Assembly: GCA_041690135.1 (NCBI GenBank)
Contig: JAWLHY010000014.1
Coordinates: 171,743-235,742 of the forward strand
Length of the DNA: 64,000 nt
Direction of reading: 5' to 3'
Source: Armatimonadota bacterium
Lineage (GTDB): Bacteria > Armatimonadota > SYMT01
The position numbers were made by a program, and so were the translations under genes. This document shows, piece by piece, positions 57,988-64,000 of the stretch; the first letter of the stretch is position 1, and every line of letters begins with the position of its first letter. The notes beneath the pieces were generated by a model that saw only the letters and a list, made by a program, of their open reading frames with translations, ran no database searches and was not told the DNA's origin.

Positions 57988-58094
57988 ATCAGGGCTCGAT
58001 CGCTCGGATCGAGCCCTGATTGAAGAGAAGAATGGAAGAAAGGGGGAAGGGGAGCGGCCTCGCGCCGAGAACTCCCCTTCCCCCTTCTTCCATT
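57988..58094. terminator. Two strong hairpins after the respiratory operon
   Basis: atcagggctcgatc..gatcgagccctgat (57988-58020) and aatggaagaaagggggaaggggag..ctccccttcccccttcttccatt (58031-58094). No clear U-tract. Confidence 0.55.
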
Positions 58095-58369
58095 AACAAC
58101 AGGAAGTCGGGGGAAGCAACTGCGCAGATTTGAACCGGTAGCGTGCCGCCGCAACCCCGGCGCATGCGTCGGGTACCCACGTAGTGGGTGTTGGAAGGGG
58201 TTTCACGCTGTAGTATCCGCGCGTGCCGGGTACCCGCGTCCGGGAGTGGGCGGGGGCCTTCAGTTATCGGTACCGGCTCATGGTACTTGACGGAGTCCCG
58301 CTGCGAGGCGGGCCTTCGCGACTTTGCCACCGCTACCTGCTCCGGTGCGCCGGTGGGAACCCATGCCGG

Positions 58370-58800
58370 AGGCGCATCACGGTTGGCTGACGGGTTCAAC
58401 GCCACGAACTGGGGAAGGGACAGCGAACATTCCCCTACCTCCACCGTGCCGACTGCAAGATGGGTCAGCCGGTACGGTTACAGGTACGGACCTGCCGCGT
58501 AGTCGCCATCATCTTTACACGAACCCGGCTTGTGCGTGCGTAGGGTCGGCCCGCTGTCGCCGACCGGGATCATGCCACCCCACCCGTATTGCACCACGAG
58601 TCGCCGTCGGGATAACGTGCCGGACGCGGCGCGTGGATTCCGCACCCGTCCGGCATCAGGAACCGCTGTCGTGGCCTTGTGTTCGCGCGGGCGCCGGGGA
58701 TTCGCCCTTGCCACGCAACGCCGCACCCGCCGACAGCAGGTGCCGGAGACGCATCATGGTTGGCTGACGGGCTCAACGCCACGATTTGGGGATGGGCCGG
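58370..58800. repeat. REP cluster homologous to 40905-41140
   Basis: gcatcaYggttggctgacgggYtcaacgccacga occurs twice. Also gtagggtcggc..gccgacc and cattcccctac. Confidence 0.65.
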
Positions 58801-58899
58801 CCCTCACTTCGCCGGCTGTACGACCACTCCCCTACCTTGTGCCTTACCGCCGGGTGAACGGGCGCAATCGTAAGGCGTGATCGCCGCCCGCTCTCCGAG

Positions 58900-59091
58900 C
58901 TACGCCGCCGCGGCGGTTGTGCGCACTTCCTCCTGGACCTGCGCCTGGGGCGTCTGGACGCGTACCCACTGCCCGCGCAGCAGGATTCCATCGTAAATCG
59001 GGGAGCTCTTACCGGTCGGATGGCTGCAGCGGGACACCGGTCGTTGACATAGCGAACAGCACTTTTCTACCCTGAGCGTGGTACGGAACAT
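58900..59091 (-). CDS. Small Cys/His-containing hypothetical protein (63 aa)
   Basis: Strong RBS AGAGGAG before the ATG. CCSLC...CSH. Confidence 0.5.
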   Translation of the reverse strand: MFRTTLRVEKCCSLCQRPVSRCSHPTGKSSPIYDGILLRGQWVRVQTPQAQVQEEVRTTAAAA

Positions 59092-59581
59092 CAGCTACTC
59101 TCCTCTTGCCGATCTCCAGAATACCCATCAGCCGGAAAGGGGAAACGCTGCTTGCAGTGCTCCCTTCAACATGAGGGTACCCCGCCCAGGTTAACGCGCT
59201 GTTAAGTTCGGGTTACATTTCAGCGCGAGCGGTCGTGAGCTGTGGTGCGCGGTGAGGCCAAAGGGGGCGGCGAATACGCGGACCGGTGAGCCGTCGTGAG
59301 CCGCGCCGGGCGGTCGCGTGTGGGCAAAATGTGGACATCCGCTTAGCTGGGCTCGGCCGCCCGGGGCTTGCGCGCGAGACGGTCCAGCACCTGGTCGGCC
59401 TCGCCGCCCGACCGGGGCTGGACATAGGAATAGGCGGCGGCGGTAACCAGCGGTGAGGAGTGGCGGAGCCACTCGGAGACCGTGGGGAGGGGACTCCTTC
59501 CGCGAGCCCCCGTACGTGACTCCAACCGGCCCCCCTCCTTTGCGTTCCCGGATAGCGGTTCTTCTTCGGTTGAAGGTGGTG

Positions 59582-60229
59582 TTACGACCGGCGCCGCTTC
59601 AGGATGCCGACCACTGCGAGTGCGGGTAAGAACAGCGCCAGGGCCCCGGGTTCGGGTACGGCGGGAGTATCGCCAGAGGTTTTGAGGCCATACGCAAGTG
59701 CGTCAAAGCCTACGACAGGCCCTCCAGAGGGATTGAATACGACCTGGTTGAAGGTTCCGCTTTCAAAGACAATACCGATGAAGGCCGGGGTGTTCGCCGC
59801 CAGGTTCACTGTCGTATTAGCAGCTCCGCTTACGGTTACCGAGCTGCTCACATTTGCGGCAAGATCAACCCCAAATGCGTTGATAGGACTCGCGAAGTCG
59901 AAAACCAAGTAGGATTCGTTGTTGTCGTCAAAGCCGATGGCGCCAGTCCCGTGAGTCGGTACTCCGCCGACCAGGCCGGGGTAATTGCGCAACTGAGCAA
60001 TTATCGGTGCCGTACCTTCCCCCCCAGCCTCTGTCACCGTTACCGGGCCAAACGTTACAGATGCTGCGTCTGCGAAATTGTTCTCAAAACTCTCGAAGTT
60101 CAGAGCCCCGCCCACCGCCGCGTTGAAGGCGGCACGGTCAGTATAAATAGTCTGCGCCGCCGCCGGTCTCGCGCCGCCCAACAGCCCGATAGCCAGGGCT
60201 ACGCCTAGCAGCATACCCCATTTCCGCAT
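59582..60229 (-). CDS. PEP-CTERM sorting domain protein
   Basis: Signal peptide, YTDRAAF, and C-terminal AVPEPG + TM + KRRRS. Confidence 0.92.
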   Translation of the reverse strand: MRKWGMLLGVALAIGLLGGARPAAAQTIYTDRAAFNAAVGGALNFESFENNFADAASVTFGPVTVTEAGGEGTAPIIAQLRNYPGLVGGVPTHGTGAIGFDDNNESYLVFDFASPINAFGVDLAANVSSSVTVSGAANTTVNLAANTPAFIGIVFESGTFNQVVFNPSGGPVVGFDALAYGLKTSGDTPAVPEPGALALFLPALAVVGILKRRRS

Positions 60230-60382
60230 TTGCGTTCCTTTCCACGCAGGTTAAGTAAGCGCACAGCGAATCTTTCACCGCACTGCCCCACACTTCCTTT
60301 CGGTGTCCTAGAAAATAAATGCGTCGGGATATCCGCTGTGTAAGCTGGCAGAGCGGGCAAGCCGTAGCGGGTAAAATAGGCC

Positions 60383-60610
60383 CTACTTCCGGTCCACCCG
60401 CAACGTCTTCGTCTTCCCGTCCCACAGCACCCGCGCGCCCAACGCTTCCGCCACCGGCCGCAGCAGGATCGTCACGCCGTCCGGGGTGAGCTGGCCTGCG
60501 TCGGGCAGTTCCACGCCGTCTACCCCGTCATTGCTGGAGGTCTCCTGGCTCATGGCATCGTCCCTCGACAGCACCCGCTTGGCGCGCTCGTAATACTCCA
60601 CCCGGTCCGC
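60383..60610 (-). pseudogene. Remnant: GH19-like C-terminal helix + copper amine oxidase N-terminal (stalk) domain
   Basis: *ADRVEYYERAKRVL...LLRPVAEALGARVLWDGKTKT. No upstream coding part. Confidence 0.55.
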
Positions 60611-60693
60611 CTAACTGGGCGTGGGAGTGGAGTGGGTCGAGTTAACGGCCTACTAACGGCACATGACCTTTCAAAGCCTCGGGCAAGTGGGTT

Positions 60694-61776
60694 TCAGCAA
60701 TCCACCGCGTACCGGCGCAGCTTCACCGGGTCCCCTTCCACGCCCAGGCCCGGCTTGTCCGGAACGGCGATCCGCCCGCGGACGATCGGGAGCGGCTCCG
60801 TGCAGATATCGTCTTCCAGGCCAAAGTAGGTGCTGTCGTTCGCCAGGGTGTACGCGGCGCAGGCGGCGGCCACGTGGACCATGGCGGCCGTTTTGGGCCC
60901 CATATCGTGCCCGCAGTGCATCACTGCCGGCACGCCCGCCGCCTCGCAGACGTGGCCGATCTTGACGCACGGCAGGATGCCGCCGGCCTGCGGCGTATCC
61001 GGCAAGATCACCGCGGCGGCGTCCGCCTTGAGGATCTCCCACACGCTGGCCGGATCGGTGACGCTCTCGTTCAAGGCGATCGGAGTGCGTGTCTGCGCGC
61101 GAAGCCACGTCGCGTCGCTCAGCGGCTCAGCGGGGATCGGTTGTTCCAGGTACTCGAGTTGGTACTCCTCCAACCGCTTCGCCAATTCGGCCGCCTGCTG
61201 GGGCGTGTAGGCCCGGTTCGGGTCGATCCGCAGTTTCAACTTCATCCCCACGGCATCCCGCACGCCGCGGACCATCTCCAGGTCTTCCTGCATATCGGAG
61301 CCGGCCTTGGTCTTGAGCGTGGTATAGCCCTGCTCCACGTAGTAGGCGGCGATCTCTCCCGCCTTCTCATAGGGCTGGATCCCCATGCAGGCGGCCAGCT
61401 CCACCTCCGGGCGCAGGATCCCGCCCAGGAGCACCGCCACGGGCACCCCCGCCGCCTTGCCCGCGATGTCCCACAGCGCCATCTCCACGCCGGACTTCAG
61501 GCGCGTCTCGAAGGGGCAGTCGCGGTGATAGGCTTCCAGGTTCAGCGGGTCCCGGCCTACCAGCCAGTCCGCGGCGATGGCCTCCATCCGGCGCGCGCTC
61601 AGGCCGGGAAGGAAGTTGACGTTGTTCTCGCCCCAGCCGACGAGCCCCTCATCCGTTTCCACCCGGACGATGGCGCTGCAGCTGGTGGAACTGGTACGGA
61701 TGTGGGATCGGTACGGCGCGATGGGCCAGATCTGCGGAACCTCGACGACGGTAACCTGGACAGAGCGTATTTTCAT
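60694..61776 (-). CDS. Mandelate racemase/muconate lactonizing enzyme family protein
   Basis: VETDEGLVGWGE, MALWDIAGK, KTK, RIDPN, LEQP, PIALNES, PDKPGLGV. Confidence 0.92.
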   Translation of the reverse strand: MKIRSVQVTVVEVPQIWPIAPYRSHIRTSSTSCSAIVRVETDEGLVGWGENNVNFLPGLSARRMEAIAADWLVGRDPLNLEAYHRDCPFETRLKSGVEMALWDIAGKAAGVPVAVLLGGILRPEVELAACMGIQPYEKAGEIAAYYVEQGYTTLKTKAGSDMQEDLEMVRGVRDAVGMKLKLRIDPNRAYTPQQAAELAKRLEEYQLEYLEQPIPAEPLSDATWLRAQTRTPIALNESVTDPASVWEILKADAAAVILPDTPQAGGILPCVKIGHVCEAAGVPAVMHCGHDMGPKTAAMVHVAAACAAYTLANDSTYFGLEDDICTEPLPIVRGRIAVPDKPGLGVEGDPVKLRRYAVDC

Positions 61777-61842
61777 GGTAGGAAAAAGGGCCGCAGAATG
61801 CGGCCCTCCAGAATGATGGAAACGATTAGTTGACCGCAGCGA

Positions 61843-63318
61843 TTAGGCGGCGATCTCCTTCACCACGTGCCCGTGAACGTCCGTAAGACGGAAGTCGCGA
61901 CCCGCGTAGCGATAGGTCAGGCGCTCGTGGTCGAGCCCCAGAAGCCACAGGATGGTGGCGTGGAAGTCGTGGATGTGGACCTTATCCACCGCGGCGTAGT
62001 AACCGTAGTCGTCCGTGGCGCCGTAGTGGAAACCCCCCTTCACGCCGCCGCCCGCGAGCCACATCGTGAAGCCTTCCGGGTTGTGGTCCCGGCCGTCCTT
62101 CCCCTGCGCCGTGGGCGTCCGGCCGAATTCTCCACCCCAGATCACCAGCGTGTCGTCGAGAAGGCCTCGCTGCTTCAGGTCGGTCAACAGTCCCGCGATC
62201 GGCTTATCGACCTCCACGGAGTTCTCCTCGTGGCCCTTCTTCAGGTTGCTGTGCTGGTCCCACTGCACGTCGGCATCGCTGTGGGTTACCTGGACGAAAC
62301 GGACGCCGGTCTCCAGGAAGCGGCGGGCCAGGAGGCACTGCCGTCCGAACGGCGCCGTAACCGGGTCATCCATCCCGTAGAGTTTCAGCGTGGCGCCGGA
62401 CTCCTTGGAGATGTCCTCCACGAGGGGCATCGCCGTCTGCATCCGGAACGCCAGCTCGAAGGAGTTGATGCGCCCCTCGAGCGCCTGGAGCGGCCCGGTC
62501 TGGGCGAGGTGTTCCTGGTTCATTTCCCGTAGCGCGTCGAGCTGCAGCCGCTGTACGTCCCGCGTGAGCCGGTTGTTGGTGATGTACTTCACCTTCGCCT
62601 GTTCGATAGGGATGCCGGCGTGCCCGATCGGTGTGCCCTGGAAGTCGGCCGGGAGGAAGGCCGACCCCCAGTTGTTGACCCCGCCGTGAGCGAGGGTGGG
62701 GCAGATGGTAACGAAGCCGGGCAGGCTCTGGTTCTCCGTCCCGAGGCCGTAGGTGATCCACGAGCCCATGCTCGGCCGGACGAAGTTATCGCTGCCGGTG
62801 TGCAGCTTCAACAGGGCGCCGCCGTGCGCCGCGTTGGTGCCGTGCAGCGAGTGAATGAAGCAGATGTCGTCCACGTGCTGGGCCACGTGCGGAAACAGTT
62901 CGCTGACCCATGAGCCGCTCTGACCGTACTGCTTGAACTTCCACGGAGACTTGAGCAACGCCCCGGTCGGCGCGAACTGCACCCGCGGCTTGTCGAACGG
63001 CAGCGGCTTACCGTCGTCGCGATCCAGCAGCGGTTTCGGATCGAACGTATCGACGTGGGACGGTCCGCCCTTCATGAACAGGAAGATGACCCGCTTCGCG
63101 CGAGGCGTGAAGTGCGGCATCTTCGGGGCGAGAGGGCCAGGGGCGCTGGGCATTGGGCTCTGAGCTTTGGCCGCCGCAGCCGCCTCCTCACCCAACAGCG
63201 ATGCCAGCGCCAGGTATCCGAAACCCGCCGCGGATGTCTGCAGCATCTCGCGACGAGTCTTAGGCCGCAGAATGTGCGAAGGCTTCTTACGGCAATCGGG
63301 GCAATCGTGATCCGACAT
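61843..63318 (-). CDS. DUF1501 domain protein (Tat-exported)
   Basis: TRREML, AKRVIFLFMKGGPSHVDTFDPKP, GEFGRTP, GRDH, HDFHATIL. Confidence 0.93.
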   Translation of the reverse strand: MSDHDCPDCRKKPSHILRPKTRREMLQTSAAGFGYLALASLLGEEAAAAAKAQSPMPSAPGPLAPKMPHFTPRAKRVIFLFMKGGPSHVDTFDPKPLLDRDDGKPLPFDKPRVQFAPTGALLKSPWKFKQYGQSGSWVSELFPHVAQHVDDICFIHSLHGTNAAHGGALLKLHTGSDNFVRPSMGSWITYGLGTENQSLPGFVTICPTLAHGGVNNWGSAFLPADFQGTPIGHAGIPIEQAKVKYITNNRLTRDVQRLQLDALREMNQEHLAQTGPLQALEGRINSFELAFRMQTAMPLVEDISKESGATLKLYGMDDPVTAPFGRQCLLARRFLETGVRFVQVTHSDADVQWDQHSNLKKGHEENSVEVDKPIAGLLTDLKQRGLLDDTLVIWGGEFGRTPTAQGKDGRDHNPEGFTMWLAGGGVKGGFHYGATDDYGYYAAVDKVHIHDFHATILWLLGLDHERLTYRYAGRDFRLTDVHGHVVKEIAA

Positions 63319-63333
63319 GGCTAACTGCTACTC

Positions 63334-64000
63334 CTACCTGACAAAAAGAAACTCGTTGCTCGCCAGAACCACATGACACAGGGACACCCACGCCTGTCCC
63401 CGTGCGTTGTCGCTCTTGCCGGCTCCTGTGTGAGCGGCCTCTAGCTTGTGGATCAACTCCAATCCCCGGCTAACCTCGGCAGGCGAGGCGGGGCGGGAGA
63501 GCGCATGCTGGTAGAGCGCCCGGACACGTCCCGAGTCATCCAGATCCGCACGTGCCAGCAGCTTCTCCGCCAACTGCTGGCCGGAGTTCATCACCAGGTC
63601 GCTGTTGAGCATGAAGAGGGCTTGCGGGGCCACCGTGGTCGTGGGGCGGTTCCCTTCCGGAATCTGCGCGTCGCCGAAGTCGAAGAGCTGGAACACGTCG
63701 TACAGGTTGTTCCGCACGATCGGCAGGTACAGGGACCGGCGGGTGCTGTCGTACTTCGTGCTGTCCTTCGAGGTGTGGTCGAAGAAGTACTGGCGGTTCT
63801 TCAACTGCACCAGCGTGCCGCCCAGGGTGCGGTCCAGCGTACCACTGACGGCCAGCAGGGAGTCCCGGATCTCCTCCGCCTGCAGGCGCCGCACCGGCCC
63901 GCGCCAGTAGTATTCGTTCTCCGGGTCTACCGCCGCGGCCGCCGCATCGTGCCGCGAGCTCATCAGGTAGGTGTTGGAGAGCATCAGCAACTTGTGCAGC
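63334..64000 (-). CDS. DUF1553 (PSD1) domain protein, 5'-truncated by window edge
   Basis: RRLQAEEIRDSLLAVSG, RRSLY, APQALFMLN, SNEFLF. Upstream of DUF1501. Confidence 0.9.
   Translation of the reverse strand, partial: LHKLLMLSNTYLMSSRHDAAAAAVDPENEYYWRGPVRRLQAEEIRDSLLAVSGTLDRTLGGTLVQLKNRQYFFDHTSKDSTKYDSTRRSLYLPIVRNNLYDVFQLFDFGDAQIPEGNRPTTTVAPQALFMLNSDLVMNSGQQLAEKLLARADLDDSGRVRALYQHALSRPASPAEVSRGLELIHKLEAAHTGAGKSDNARGQAWVSLCHVVLASNEFLFVR

Overview
High-GC bacterial genomic window. PEP-CTERM/exosortase, DUF1501/DUF1553, the MoxR-vWA cluster and a UBact-like peptide suggest an Armatimonadota- or Planctomycetota-like organism (inference only). Main blocks: (1) 1-20.7 kb, a co-oriented MoxR AAA+/DUF58/BatA-vWA/prenyltransferase-barrel/giant coiled-coil/PQQ-propeller cluster interrupted by small selfish inserts (RAYT transposase with REPs, GxxExxY remnant, Uma2 nuclease, orphan antitoxin-like gene). 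(2) 20.7-22.8 kb, the best novelty candidate: an unannotated 51-aa Pup/UBact-like peptide ending in -SGE, a perfect 34-bp palindrome, a highly divergent PafA/Dop-family ligase-like protein and yggT, with no proteasome, ARC/Mpa or Dop genes in the window. (3) 23-27 kb, a VIT-domain PEP-CTERM protein with its own exosortase. (4) 27-41 kb, accessory genes (LpxB-like, SBBP/FnIII surface protein, beta-helix protein, VapC toxin with an in-frame stop, VOC protein). (5) 42-58 kb, a CtaA-CtaB fusion, alternative complex III (actA-G), SCO and an A2-type caa3 oxidase. (6) 59-64 kb, minus-strand PEP-CTERM, enolase-superfamily, DUF1501 and DUF1553 genes. Several REP, MITE-like and short tandem repeat families are present, some translated in frame inside genes. 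No rRNA, tRNA or CRISPR array was recognised. All family assignments come from motif recognition by eye, not from database searches.
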